A stretch of DNA of 64,000 nucleotides from a virus. Lineage: Duplodnaviria; Heunggongvirae; Uroviricota; Caudoviricetes. This document shows positions 52,797 through 63,046 of this stretch, piece by piece. The translations under genes were made by a program, and so were the position numbers. Positions within the stretch are counted from its first letter, which is position 1. Each line of letters opens with the position of its first letter. The notes under the pieces were generated by a model that searched no databases, was not told the DNA's origin, and saw nothing but the letters and a program-made list of their open reading frames with translations. The stretch covers positions 1 to 64,000 of IMG/VR virus record IMGVR_UViG_2693429768_000001; one strand, written 5' to 3'.

Positions 52797-52994
52797 ATGG
52801 ATAAAAACACCACTGCTTACTGGAATCTGTCACTTGATACCGAATGCCCAAAATGCGGTCACAATTTCGATCTGCTTTGTGATGCTGATTTCTGGGAGTT
52901 TTCTGGAGCTAAACAGGCATGTGAAGAAATAAAAGGTTACGAAACATGCTGTCCAGAATGTAACCATGAATTTAAAACAGATTTCGTGTATTGA
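52797..52994 (+). CDS. Small zinc-ribbon protein, 65 aa
   Basis: ATG 52797 after RBS AAAGGAGA; CPKCGH...CCPECNH. Confidence 0.45.
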   Translation: MDKNTTAYWNLSLDTECPKCGHNFDLLCDADFWEFSGAKQACEEIKGYETCCPECNHEFKTDFVY

Positions 52995-53004
52995 GGCATA
53001 ACAA

Positions 53005-53910
53005 ATGACCACTATTACCAGAGAACAGGCACAGAAAATTATTGAAGCAGCCGATGAGGTTATTAGTGCGCTGGCCGGAACTAACGAGGATGTTCACCCT
53101 GGTAGCGATAACATGCTACGCCTGTGGGATGACCTGAATGACCGTTACGCGCCGCCGGAAGTTGTGCGTGAGCTGGCGCGTATCGTGCTGGCATCGCTGG
53201 AAGCAGAACCAGTTGCTTATATTTTCAAACATCCGGCCGGGAAATTATTCTGGGCTTTAACGGATGAAAGCAATAAAGAGCAAGCGGACGTTATTCCTGT
53301 TTATGCTGCCGCGCCTGCGTCGGTTGTGCCGGATGATGCATCAGGGGCGCTTGCTTATGCTTACAAAGAGCTTACGCCTGAGATTATGCGCGGTCATATC
53401 GCTGTATTCGAGCGATATGGAATAGCCCCAAACGATAGCATTACCACAATTCAGGCACTGCGAATCGCGCTGGATGGCATAGAGCGGAGCGACGCCATGC
53501 TTCATGGTGCCGAAACTGTAAGCCAAACTTACAAGTTGCCTCCCCTGTCATCCAGCGAAGTAAACGACGCGGCATGGAAATTACACAACATGCTGACTGA
53601 ACACGGCCTGCTAAATGGGCGTCAGTTCAACAATCTGAAAGGTTGCTTCTATGAGGCATTAAAGGTCGCAATGCGCAACTATCCGGCAACTCCGGATAGT
53701 TGGATAAGCTGTAGTGAGCGAATGCCGGATACCAAAACAGCCGTTCTTGTTGCCGTGGAGTTTGACAGGAAAGGTGACTGGCGAATGAAATGGGCGACTT
53801 ACATCCCGGGGCATCCTGACGCTAATGATGGGTGGATAATTCCTGGTGCGTCGTGGAAACCGTCACACTGGATGCCGCTACCAGAACCGCCGCAGGAGGT
53901 GAATCAATGA
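53005..53910 (+). CDS. Hypothetical protein, 301 aa (lambdoid early-region type)
   Basis: ATG 53005 after GAGG. Confidence 0.45.
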   Translation: MTTITREQAQKIIEAADEVISALAGTNEDVHPGSDNMLRLWDDLNDRYAPPEVVRELARIVLASLEAEPVAYIFKHPAGKLFWALTDESNKEQADVIPVYAAAPASVVPDDASGALAYAYKELTPEIMRGHIAVFERYGIAPNDSITTIQALRIALDGIERSDAMLHGAETVSQTYKLPPLSSSEVNDAAWKLHNMLTEHGLLNGRQFNNLKGCFYEALKVAMRNYPATPDSWISCSERMPDTKTAVLVAVEFDRKGDWRMKWATYIPGHPDANDGWIIPGASWKPSHWMPLPEPPQEVNQ

Positions 53911-53990
53911 GCTGGCCTGAAGCATTCACCACGGTAGGAATTGTGATGGCGGCAGCACTGGGTTTGTATTCAATTTGTCGCTGGTGGTAA
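53907..53990 (+). CDS. Candidate 27-aa hydrophobic peptide
   Basis: ATG overlaps previous stop (ATGA); RBS AGGAGGT; MSWPEAFTTVGIVMAAALGLYSICRWW. Confidence 0.35.
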   Translation: MSWPEAFTTVGIVMAAALGLYSICRWW

Positions 53991-53992
53991 CG

Positions 53993-54226
53993 ATGGGAAA
54001 AATAACTTTTGTAGTCGAATTTGAGGATGGCAAAGAGCCACCTGTTAGCGCCAATCTTGATGTTGCTGGTGGCAGGCTTGTTTCGGTTCTATTTGGTGAC
54101 TACCGAGATGATTTCTTCCAACCAGAAGAAGTTGATGTAGTGCGAGAAGCATTAAATGAGCTAAGTGTTGATAACGATGATGCTCATGCGGAAATCATCA
54201 AAAAAATGGAATTGCTAACTTACTAA
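53993..54226 (+). CDS. Small acidic protein, 77 aa
   Basis: ATG 53993; in frame with track ORF 53975..54226. Confidence 0.4.
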   Translation: MGKITFVVEFEDGKEPPVSANLDVAGGRLVSVLFGDYRDDFFQPEEVDVVREALNELSVDNDDAHAEIIKKMELLTY

Positions 54227-54275
54227 ATTATTAATTTGTAGTGCCATCATCTATAACACCGATAGGAATTGAACG

Positions 54276-54407
54276 ATGTCAAAAATGCCCAAAATAGATG
54301 TTTTTATTTTCTCAGCAATTGTTGGCTTTGGTTTTACTGCTGGAGTGCAGTTTTGTATTGCGTGGGGAAAAATTATCAACTACCTATGGAGTTGTTTTAT
54401 TCAGTGA
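54276..54407 (+). CDS. Candidate 43-aa membrane peptide
   Basis: RBS AGGAA; MSKMPKIDVFIFSAIVGFGFTAGVQFCIAWGKIINYLWSCFIQ; competes with the N-terminus of track ORF 54298..54708. Confidence 0.3.
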   Translation: MSKMPKIDVFIFSAIVGFGFTAGVQFCIAWGKIINYLWSCFIQ

Positions 54408-54414
54408 GGTAAGT

Positions 54415-54708
54415 ATGTGGAGAGGTAATAGTCATGGCAGAAGCCAGATGATACTTACCGAATATAAGCTAGACCACAAAACCAATAAATCACGTTCAGT
54501 ATATTTGCTCCGGCACAATAGCCGCGTAAGGAATACCGTGCTGGAGCAAAACCTGACCGTTGAAATGGATAATTTTGGGAACTTCAAGCCAACAATTGCG
54601 CTTGATGATTTCCCGCGTGGTTTAAGCGAAAGAGAAGCAATGCTGAAATTAGCAGAATGGCTACAAAGATTAAGCATTGCTATTGAAGATAACTGGTCTG
54701 AACCTTAA
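54415..54708 (+). CDS. Hypothetical protein, 97 aa (track ORF 54298..54708 with later start)
   Basis: ATG 54415 after RBS GAGGT. Confidence 0.4.
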   Translation: MWRGNSHGRSQMILTEYKLDHKTNKSRSVYLLRHNSRVRNTVLEQNLTVEMDNFGNFKPTIALDDFPRGLSEREAMLKLAEWLQRLSIAIEDNWSEP

Positions 54709-54714
54709 ATTTAT

Positions 54715-55089
54715 ATGATGACACTAAAACATTTTCTTGACCGCCCATTATGGGCGGCAGCCGCAGGCTATGACTTTAATTATATGGATTGCATGTCTTA
54801 TACCGCCAATGCATACGACTATTCCTTCAGTCTGCTGCTTAATTCTTTAAGAATATTGCCGCAAACAGAAGTTGGAGAGCTTCATTTATGGCTATTGGGC
54901 TTTATCGCGGCTGGAGTTGGTATTGCTGTATGGCCTTTTATTTTCTGGCTGGTGGCTGTTGTAGTGTGGTTTAAGTGCAAGACGTACCGGAGAAAGTATT
55001 TCTTAGGTGATGGAATGACTGATATTGCCAAAATGAACATTGAAAAATGGACTAAGGAATGTGAAAAGAAATGGCGCAAAAAGAAATGA
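54715..55089 (+). CDS. Membrane protein, 124 aa
   Basis: Hydrophobic LWLLGFIAAGVGIAVWPFIFWLVAVVVWF; Lys-rich C-terminus. Confidence 0.45.
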   Translation: MMTLKHFLDRPLWAAAAGYDFNYMDCMSYTANAYDYSFSLLLNSLRILPQTEVGELHLWLLGFIAAGVGIAVWPFIFWLVAVVVWFKCKTYRRKYFLGDGMTDIAKMNIEKWTKECEKKWRKKK

Positions 55090-56003
55090 CCAGAATCACT
55101 GAAGAGCGTATATCAGAGATTATTTCCCGTATCGAAATGTATGGTCACGGTGCTGGATATACGGCAGATGAAGTATTGGCACTTGCCCAAATGGCTTTGG
55201 CGGCTTGCAAAGATGATAAAAAAATGAAGTTTATCGACTTGTTAGTGAAGGAACTGCCTAAGTGCGGCGGGTGGCCTGATGGAATGAGTTATTGTTACCT
55301 ACCCAGTGTCAATTTAATGGCACCATGCGCGACTTTTGCTTTTGGCTCAGACCACAAAAAAGACACTTTCTTTGGGCGCAATTTTTGTTGTGAGATTGAG
55401 CTTCCAATTGGTGACCTTGATAGCGATGAATACCAGTCAGTTGTCACTCGCGAACAATACGAATCAGCTCTCATAGCGTCGCAGAAAGTCGAGTTCAATG
55501 GTGATGAACTTGAAAGTAAGACTTACAGGTTGGATTTTGGGCAATGGCTGGAACAGCAACGCGGGAAAATCGATGTGGACTGTGGTTGTGTGTCCACTGA
55601 AACATTCATGCACTGGCTGCGGGTAGCTTACGAGGCTGGCAACTATCCGGATATTCCGGATAGTTCGGTGCCAGCACCAGGAAAGGGCGTCACCGGTGAA
55701 CGTATCCGAATTAAGCCGCATGTTTATCGCGAACTGGTTAACCGTCTCCACGATACAGCGATCAAGTGTGCTGGCACCCAGCAATTACGAGAAAGAATTA
55801 GCCGTGTTTTGGGCGACGTTATTACACCAGATCATCATACACAAGCCGAGAAAAGTGGCCTGGAAAGGTGTCACCTTGAGGCGGCATTAAACATTAAGCC
55901 GGGGCATACGCTTGGCATTATTGATGCACTATTGGTTCATAAGATGGCCAGGGCTTTATTGCCGCTGGTGGATGCTGGCGATACAAGCGAGGGTGAAGTA
56001 TGA
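55086..56003 (+). CDS. Hypothetical protein, 305 aa
   Basis: ATG 55086 overlapping previous stop (ATGA). Confidence 0.4.
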   Translation: MTRITEERISEIISRIEMYGHGAGYTADEVLALAQMALAACKDDKKMKFIDLLVKELPKCGGWPDGMSYCYLPSVNLMAPCATFAFGSDHKKDTFFGRNFCCEIELPIGDLDSDEYQSVVTREQYESALIASQKVEFNGDELESKTYRLDFGQWLEQQRGKIDVDCGCVSTETFMHWLRVAYEAGNYPDIPDSSVPAPGKGVTGERIRIKPHVYRELVNRLHDTAIKCAGTQQLRERISRVLGDVITPDHHTQAEKSGLERCHLEAALNIKPGHTLGIIDALLVHKMARALLPLVDAGDTSEGEV

Positions 56004-56362
56004 GAGTTGCAGATCACATCAAACACCTTGAAAGAATTATCGAAAACGGTGAACTCTTAAGAGATCAGATGAGACGCACGGCAGAAGTCAGAGAGGCGAT
56101 AATCCGCAGTCAGGCTGGTAAATTAAAGCAATTATCAGAGATTAACGCGCTATACAAGAACAGACGTAACCGGGCGGCGCTGCGGCTTCAGAAAGCACGT
56201 AATGAAATTAAATTGGTGGAGGCAAAACTGAAAAAACAGATTCAGCGTTACGATCAGCAAGATGCTTTTTATGCCGCCATCAAGGCGGCTGCTAATGAAA
56301 TAGGCATCTGGAAGTTGCTGGTGGAGAAAGCAAAGACGAAGTTAAATGCCAACGAAAGCTGA
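56000..56362 (+). CDS. Coiled-coil protein, 120 aa; last gene of the early operon
   Basis: ATG 56000; Lys/Arg/Glu-rich heptad-like sequence. Confidence 0.45.
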   Translation: MRVADHIKHLERIIENGELLRDQMRRTAEVREAIIRSQAGKLKQLSEINALYKNRRNRAALRLQKARNEIKLVEAKLKKQIQRYDQQDAFYAAIKAAANEIGIWKLLVEKAKTKLNANES

Positions 56363-56436
56363 ACTACAGGTACCCACCAGCACATACAGAAAATGATTGT
56401 TTCCACATCAAGGAGATTTTAATGTTTCACTGAACA

Positions 56437-56574
56437 TTAAGTAAGCCAGTGCATAATTCCATTTTTTACTGACCTTAAAAGCAAAATCAAAACGATGATG
56501 AGGATGATCGCCAGAATCTGGCTAATAACAGGCGCATCTAAAAATGCACTCAGGAACTGAAAAAAAGCAGTCAT
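56437..56574 (-). CDS. Candidate 45-aa hydrophobic peptide (possible type I toxin-like small membrane protein)
   Basis: Manual translation MTAFFQFLSAFLDAPVISQILAIILIIVLILLLRSVKNGIMHWLT; RBS AAGGA; AT-rich intergenic region next to nested inverted repeats. Confidence 0.3.
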   Translation of the reverse strand: MTAFFQFLSAFLDAPVISQILAIILIIVLILLLRSVKNGIMHWLT

Positions 56575-57023
56575 TAAGGTGGTTCCTTGTCAAATGTAAA
56601 GGAGCACTTGCTCACGTTGACGTAGAAACCCAACCCCTATATAGTTGGATTCGGTGAAAGAAAGTCGTTAACGTGAGCTTACGGCACATGTTTTCGGAAC
56701 AACATCAGGGAACGGCTAATTCCTTGATGCGGATGGGGTCTGTAATGCAGACCCTATCTATTAACGTCATGATTGCATCTCAAATTTTCTCCTTATCTTC
56801 ATTAATCAAAATTCATTTCATTTGTGAAACATCACAATATTTAGAAAATGGCCCTCTTGCAAGTGCATAACTTTGTGGATAAATCAGGAAGAAAAAAGTT
56901 GATTCTGCGCACGGCAAGGCAGATAAGCTGTGCACAAAAATCAATGGGAAAAGAAAAAAAATTAAAAGTTACTTTGCTGGTTAAATAATAGTCGTTACGC
57001 AATTGTTCTGGATGGGATTTGAT

Positions 57024-57275
57024 ATGCACGATTGGAATATTGCAGCTAAAAGTCAGGAAGAACGGGATAAGGTTAACGTTGATCTGGCTGCCAGCGGTGT
57101 GGCGTACAAAGAGCGATTGAACATACCTGTCATAGCTGAACAGGTAGCCCGCGAGCAACCAGAGAATCTGCGCACCTATTTCATGGAACGGTTACGGCAC
57201 TATCGGCAGTTAAGCCTCCAGTTGCCAAAAGGGAGCGATCCGGTGTATCAGAACGAGGATGCACCAAAAAAATAA
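57024..57275 (+). CDS. hot: Homologue of DNA polymerase III theta subunit (HolE-like), 83 aa
   Basis: [50 protein letters not shown] collinear with recalled E. coli HolE. Confidence 0.8.
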   Translation: MHDWNIAAKSQEERDKVNVDLAASGVAYKERLNIPVIAEQVAREQPENLRTYFMERLRHYRQLSLQLPKGSDPVYQNEDAPKK

Positions 57276-57360
57276 CGGCAAGATGGGGGAGAAATGTGAT
57301 TAGCCCCCAGCGTGGCGCGCCTACAAACCCCGCTTTCACAAACTATGCCTTTTCAATGTA

Positions 57361-57380
57361 TACTGTATGAATAAACAGTA
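57361..57380 (+). promoter_or_regulatory. LexA (SOS) box TACTGTATGAATAAACAGTA upstream of humD
   Basis: CTGT-N8-ACAG read directly, 19 nt before the humD ATG. Confidence 0.8.
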
Positions 57381-57398
57381 TCATTGAGGTAAAACGCT

Positions 57399-57788
57399 AT
57401 GGGCTTCCCTTCTCCTGCGGCGGATTATGTTGAAAGCCGAATTTCTCTTGATCAGCAGATAATTAGACATCCTTCAGCGACCTACTTCATGCGGGCAGCT
57501 GATAGCCATCACCGTGAGGGAATATTGCAGGGTGCTTTGCTGGTGGTTGATTCCTCGCTTACTCCGGTTGATGGTTCTCTGCTTGTGTGCGCTATGGAGG
57601 GTGAATATCGCATAAAGAGATACAGGAAGTATCCGCGCCAGCACCTGGAGGATTTAAGCACCGGGAAGAAAGAGGCGTTACCAGTAGATGACGATGGATA
57701 CACGGGCAGTAATGCTGTTTTTGGTGTGATCACTCATGTCATCAATGATGCCCGAAGTGGGGAATTTGATGATTGTCCGGTTATTTAA
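57399..57788 (+). CDS. humD: UmuD-like SOS mutagenesis protein, 129 aa
   Basis: LexA box upstream; size and position match recalled P1 HumD. Confidence 0.8.
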   Translation: MGFPSPAADYVESRISLDQQIIRHPSATYFMRAADSHHREGILQGALLVVDSSLTPVDGSLLVCAMEGEYRIKRYRKYPRQHLEDLSTGKKEALPVDDDGYTGSNAVFGVITHVINDARSGEFDDCPVI

Positions 57789-57823
57789 GCTGCAAAGTGC
57801 TGGTGCTTTATGCCTGTGAAGTT

Positions 57824-57855
57824 TATAATTGTGTACACATAACGAGTACACGAGG
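57824..57855 (+). promoter_or_regulatory. phd-doc promoter/operator: TATAAT then palindrome TGTGTACACA and half-site GAGTACAC
   Basis: Read directly at 57824-57852. Confidence 0.65.
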
Positions 57856-57860
57856 TGTTT

Positions 57861-58082
57861 ATGCAATCCATTAACTTCCGTACCGCGCGTGGCAACCTTT
57901 CTGAAGTGCTCAACAATGTTGAAGCCGGGGAAGAGGTTGAAATCACCCGCAGAGGCCGTGAGCCAGCAGTAATTGTCAGCAAGGCTACTTTCGAAGCCTA
58001 CAAAAAAGCGGCGCTGGATGCTGAATTTGCATCCCTGTTTGACACCCTGGACTCCACCAACAAGGAACTGGTTAACCGATAA
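57861..58082 (+). CDS. phd: Antitoxin Phd, 73 aa
   Basis: [39 protein letters not shown]... recognised as P1 Phd; stop overlaps doc ATG. Confidence 0.9.
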
Positions 58083-58462
58083 TGAGGCATATATCACCGG
58101 AAGAACTTATTGCGCTTCATGATGCGAATATAAGCCGCTACGGCGGCCTGCCGGGAATGTCTGATCCGGGTAGGGCAGAGGCCATTATCGGGAGAGTTCA
58201 GGCCAGAGTTGCCTACGAAGAGATCACCGACCTTTTCGAAGTCTCCGCCACCTACCTGGTGGCTACAGCGAGAGGGCATATATTCAATGATGCCAATAAG
58301 CGTACCGCGCTAAACAGTGCGCTGCTATTTCTACGCCGTAACGGGGTGCAGGTATTTGATTCACCTGAACTGGCAGACCTTACCGTAGGCGCTGCGACTG
58401 GCGAGATATCTGTATCTTCTGTCGCCGACACGTTACGTAGATTGTATGGTTCTGCGGAGTAG
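58082..58462 (+). CDS. doc: Toxin Doc (Fic-fold), 126 aa
   Basis: Directly coupled downstream of phd; size equals recalled P1 Doc. Confidence 0.9.
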
Positions 58463-58646
58463 ATTAATGGCACGCAAATACAACAAATTGTCCCGTGAAG
58501 CGTTAAAGATGCTTCTTGATGGCGTGAGTCGCCGCAAGGTAAAGCAATACCTGGTTGGTAAGCAAATTGGAGTCAGGACCGCTATTGCTGTGTTATGCCG
58601 TCAGGAAATGGTTGTGCTTAAACAGAGAATGCCGGGCAGCAGATAA
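58446..58646 (+). CDS. Small basic protein downstream of doc, 66 aa
   Basis: ORF track. Confidence 0.4.
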
Positions 58647-58673
58647 AGCCCAATCAGTGATTAAAGGTGTGAT

Positions 58674-59717
58674 GTGAAAGCCGTAATTACTCCATTTGTA
58701 CAGAAAGAGCTTGGCCTCGCCACGTTCAAAGTGGATCAGGAGGTCAGAAAGCTGGTGGAGGCTGGCCGTAAATTTATTATGGAGCCGGTGCCGCGTGAGT
58801 TAATCGAGCACATGGAAGACGGCCTCGTTGTTACCGAGCAAACCATGGCAACAAATGAGGCGTTGCAGCCGTTTTTTAACAGCGATGAACTGTTTCGCCG
58901 TATTGGTGGAATTGACGCGCTGGTGGCGTGGTTGCGTAGGAAAGAGGGTCAATGCCAGGCCGCAGATCGTAGTTGGTGTGACAACCATATTGTCCACGCT
59001 GAACGAGACAATAGCGCGGTGTTGTTGTGCTGGCATCACGATAACCATTACCGGATGCGTGGTTTTAATGAGCTGAAAGAAACGCTGCACAATAATCGCG
59101 TTAACTGGATACTGGATGTCGCCCGTCAGGAAATGGGCCTTTCAAATAGCCATGATTTAAGTATTCAGGAGCTGTGCTGGTGGGCTTTCATGCGCAACAT
59201 GATGCACCTGATGCCGGAAGAAGTCTGCCGCATATCAATAAATAAGATGAAGGCTACTCCGCAGGATAGCGGACCTCTGAAAGAGGCGGATATTCGCCCG
59301 TATGACGATCGCGCTACAGCATATGTTCAGATGATGGAAGAACGCGCCGCGCCGATGCGTGCAAAAGTATGCCCTGTGGATGTTGACTCCGACCCTGGCA
59401 TGGCGCATTTCAAAATACCAAAACTGCAATCGCTAAAATTACCTGAGTACATGGACTTTGTTGCTTCCCGTCCATGCTGTGGGTGTGGAGCTGCGGGAGC
59501 TGGCGCTCACATTACGCCTTATATCGTTCGTCATAGTCGATTATGCGCACATGACATTTACGCAATTCCTCTGTGCCAGTCATGCCAGCGTGATATTGAG
59601 CGTGACCGCGATAATTGGGAGAAGACGCACGGTAGGTTGGCGATGCATCAACGATTGTTCTTTGATTACGCGCTTGGAGTGGGCGTTATCACAAGTCATT
59701 CGTCGAGTGTTAGATAA
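58674..59717 (+). CDS. Cys/His-rich protein, 347 aa
   Basis: CWHHDNHY and [38 protein letters not shown] clusters. Confidence 0.45.
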   Translation: MKAVITPFVQKELGLATFKVDQEVRKLVEAGRKFIMEPVPRELIEHMEDGLVVTEQTMATNEALQPFFNSDELFRRIGGIDALVAWLRRKEGQCQAADRSWCDNHIVHAERDNSAVLLCWHHDNHYRMRGFNELKETLHNNRVNWILDVARQEMGLSNSHDLSIQELCWWAFMRNMMHLMPEEVCRISINKMKATPQDSGPLKEADIRPYDDRATAYVQMMEERAAPMRAKVCPVDVDSDPGMAHFKIPKLQSLKLPEYMDFVASRPCCGCGAAGAGAHITPYIVRHSRLCAHDIYAIPLCQSCQRDIERDRDNWEKTHGRLAMHQRLFFDYALGVGVITSHSSSVR

Positions 59718-59718
59718 A

Positions 59719-59735
59719 ATTGCTCTAATGTATTG
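59719..59735 (+). promoter_or_regulatory. C1-operator-like site ATTGCTCTAATGTATTG upstream of lpa
   Basis: Core ATTGCTCTAAT conserved, three mismatches in the distal half. Confidence 0.55.
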
Positions 59736-59805
59736 CTATTTCTTTAATCGAGGGTATTATATTCCACGTTGATTAGTTGACATGGGCTAATCAGTAGGTG
59801 ACAGG

Positions 59806-60258
59806 ATGTTACTTAACTGGCAGGGACGCCACTTCATGGAAATAAATCACTCACGAATAACATCGTACGAGATTGCGGATTACATGATCCGCACTAAATC
59901 TCTTCTATCAGCGAAAGAACTCGCAGCAATTCTTGAAAAGGAATACCCGCATCTGGATGTCGATAAGCGCGATGTTTATCTGCGCTTAAAGGCTATCGCT
60001 GTGTCTAAGTATTCGTCTGTTTTGATAGATGACAGTACACGCCCACGTAGATTTCAGATCCACTCTCTGAATCCTGAATTCTTTCGCCGTAGCCGCGCTC
60101 CGCGCCGGTTTGATGAAAAACTCCAGAACGAACTCTATATGACGCAGGACGAAAAGGAACGCCGGGAGCACCAGCCTTGGGTAATGGCGCGTCAACTTTT
60201 CAATAAGGTGGCCCGTCAGCACCGTCATTACGGTAATGCCACATCCGCACGTATCTGA
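59806..60258 (+). CDS. lpa: Late promoter activator (Lpa-like), 150 aa
   Basis: Position between operator and pacA as in P1; call by synteny and size. Confidence 0.55.
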   Translation: MLLNWQGRHFMEINHSRITSYEIADYMIRTKSLLSAKELAAILEKEYPHLDVDKRDVYLRLKAIAVSKYSSVLIDDSTRPRRFQIHSLNPEFFRRSRAPRRFDEKLQNELYMTQDEKERREHQPWVMARQLFNKVARQHRHYGNATSARI

Positions 60259-60343
60259 TTGATTGCTTGCCCGTTCCGGGCCTTTTGACATGTGACTTTC
60301 GTTACCCTCGCGTCAAAAAGAGTTTTTACGAAAGGAAGCATAA

Positions 60344-61537
60344 GTGACCTGGGACGATCACAAGAAGAATTTTGCTCGCCTGGCGCGAGATGGTGGTTAC
60401 ACCATCGCACAGTATGCCGCCGAGTTTAATCTTAACCCTAATACCGCACGTCGTTATCTCCGTGCCTTCAAAGAAGACACCAGGACTACGGACAGCCGCA
60501 AGCCAAATAAGCCAGTCAGGAAGCCACTAAAAAGCATGATCATTGATCACTCTAATGATCAACATGCAGGTGATCACGTTTCGGCTGAAATAGCGGAAAA
60601 ACAAAGAGTTAATGCCGTTGTCAGTGCCGCAGTCGAGAATGCGAAGCGCCAAAATAAGCGCATAAATGATCGTTCAGATGATCATGACGTGATCACCCGC
60701 GCCCACCGGACCTTACGTGATCGCCTGGAACGCGACACCCTGGATGATGATGGTGAACGCTTTGAATTCGAAGCTGGCGATTACCTGATAGATAACGTTG
60801 AAGCGCGGAAGGCCGCGCGCGCTATGTTGCGTCGGTCCGGGGCCGATGTTCTGGAAACCACTCTTCTGGAAAAGTCTCTTTCTCATCTCCTTATGCTGGA
60901 GAACGCCAGGGATACGTGTATTCGCCTGGTGCAGGAAATGCGCGATCAGCAAAAAGACGATGATGAAGGTACTCCGCCTGAATACCGTATCGCGAGCATG
61001 CTAAACAGCTGTTCCGCGCAGATAAGCAGCCTGATCAACACCATTTACAGCATCCGGAATAACTATCGAAAAGAAAGCCGGGAGGCGGAAAAGCACGCTT
61101 TATCTATGGGGCAAGCTGGCATTGTTAAGCTGGCATACGAACGAAAGCGTGAAAATAACTGGTCAGTGCTGGAAGCGGCTGAATTCATCGAGGCGCATGG
61201 AGGAAAAGTGCCTCCCCTGATGCTGGAGCAAATCAAAGCCGATCTGCGTGCTCCTAAGACCAATACCGATGATGAGGAAAACCAAACAGCATCTGGCGCT
61301 CCATCACTTGAAGATCTGGATAAAATCGCGCGAGAACGGGCCGCCAGCCGCCGCGCTGATGCGGCATTGTGGATTGAGCATCGTAGAGAAGAAATTGCCG
61401 ATATCGTCGATACAGGTGGTTATGGTGATGTCGATGCGGAAGGCATATCAAACGAAGCATGGCTTGAACAGGATCTGGACGAAGACGAGGAGGAAGACGA
61501 AGAAGTTACCCGCAAACTGTACGGGGATGATGATTAA
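60344..61537 (+). CDS. pacA: Terminase small/recognition subunit PacA, 397 aa; contains the pac site
   Basis: GTG start after RBS AAAGGAAG; size equals recalled P1 PacA; TGATCA hexamer clusters inside. Confidence 0.85.
60537..60695 (+). other. pac packaging site: four TGATCA-type hexamers (60537-60576) and three to four on the right (60667-60695, 60717)
   Basis: Read directly; each hexamer carries a Dam GATC. Confidence 0.75.
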
Positions 61538-63021
61538 TGGCCAGAAGTTGCGTAACGGACCCACGTTGGCGCGAGCTGGTGGCGCTATATCGTTATGACT
61601 GGATTGCGGCCGCTGATGTGTTGTTTGGGAAGACACCAACCTGGCAGCAGGATGAGATCATTGAGTCCACGCAGCAGGACGGCAGTTGGACAAGTGTGAC
61701 CTCCGGCCATGGTACTGGTAAATCGGATATGACGAGTATCATTGCAATACTCTTCATCATGTTTTTCCCCGGCGCTCGCGTCATTCTGGTCGCTAACAAA
61801 AGACAGCAAGTCCTTGATGGTATTTTCAAATACATAAAGAGCAATTGGGCTACTGCTGTTAGCAGATTCCCGTGGTTGTCGAAGTATTTCATTCTTACAG
61901 AAACGTCTTTTTTTGAGGTGACTGGCAAGGGTGTTTGGACAATATTGATAAAGTCCTGTCGCCCCGGAAATGAGGAGGCGTTGGCTGGTGAACACGCCGA
62001 TCATCTCTTGTATATCATCGACGAAGCGTCGGGTGTGAGTGATAAAGCATTCAGTGTGATAACAGGTGCGCTGACCGGTAAGGATAACCGTATTCTGCTT
62101 CTTTCCCAGCCTACGCGACCTTCAGGCTATTTCTACGATTCACACCACAGACTAGCTATTCGCCCGGGAAATCCTGATGGATTGTTTACTGCGATAATAC
62201 TGAATAGTGAAGAATCTCCGCTTGTAGATGCAAAATTTATACGAGCAAAACTTGCGGAGTATGGCGGTCGTGATAACCCCATGTACATGATCAAAGTACG
62301 TGGTGAATTTCCCAAATCTCAAGATGGCTTTCTTCTTGGTCGTGATGAGGTTGAGCGGGCGACGCGGCGAAAGGTCAAGATTGCCAAAGGATGGGGCTGG
62401 GTTGCATGTGTTGACGTTGCTGGTGGCACAGGACGAGATAAGTCCGTTATTAATATCATGATGGTGTCCGGCCAGCGAAATAAACGCCGTGTAATCAACT
62501 ATCGTATGCTGGAATACACAGACGTTACAGAAACGCAGTTAGCCGCCAAGATTTTCGCAGAATGTAACCCAGAACGGTTCCCGAACATAACCATAGCTAT
62601 TGATGGCGATGGCTTGGGGAAATCGACGGCTGATCTAATGTACGAACGCTATGGCATTACCGTCCAGCGTATCCGCTGGGGTAAAAAGATGCACAGCCGT
62701 GAAGATAAAAGCCTTTATTTCGATATGCGCGCTTTCGCGAATATTCAGGCGGCAGAAGCTGTAAAATCAGGGCGTATGAGGCTTGATAAGGGGGCTGCGA
62801 CTATAGAGGAAGCATCAAAGATACCGGTAGGGATAAATTCCGCAGGTCAATGGAAGGTGATGTCAAAGGAAGATATGAAGAAAAAACTCAACCTGCACTC
62901 ACCGGACCATTGGGATACATATTGTTTCGCTATGTTGGCGAACTATGTTCCCCAAGATGAAGTGCTTAGCGTCGAAGACGAAGCGCAGGTTGATGAAGCT
63001 CTGGCATGGCTTAATGAATAA
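61537..63021 (+). CDS. pacB: Terminase large subunit PacB, 494 aa
   Basis: ATG overlaps pacA stop; size equals recalled P1 PacB. Confidence 0.85.
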
Positions 63022-63046
63022 CAATTTGACCATGCCGGATGGAAAA

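Noticed and set aside
60280-60330. Inverted repeat CTTTTGAC...GTCAAAAAG upstream of pacA as the late promoter
   Set aside because: I could not recall the late-promoter consensus well enough to assign it; left unannotated.
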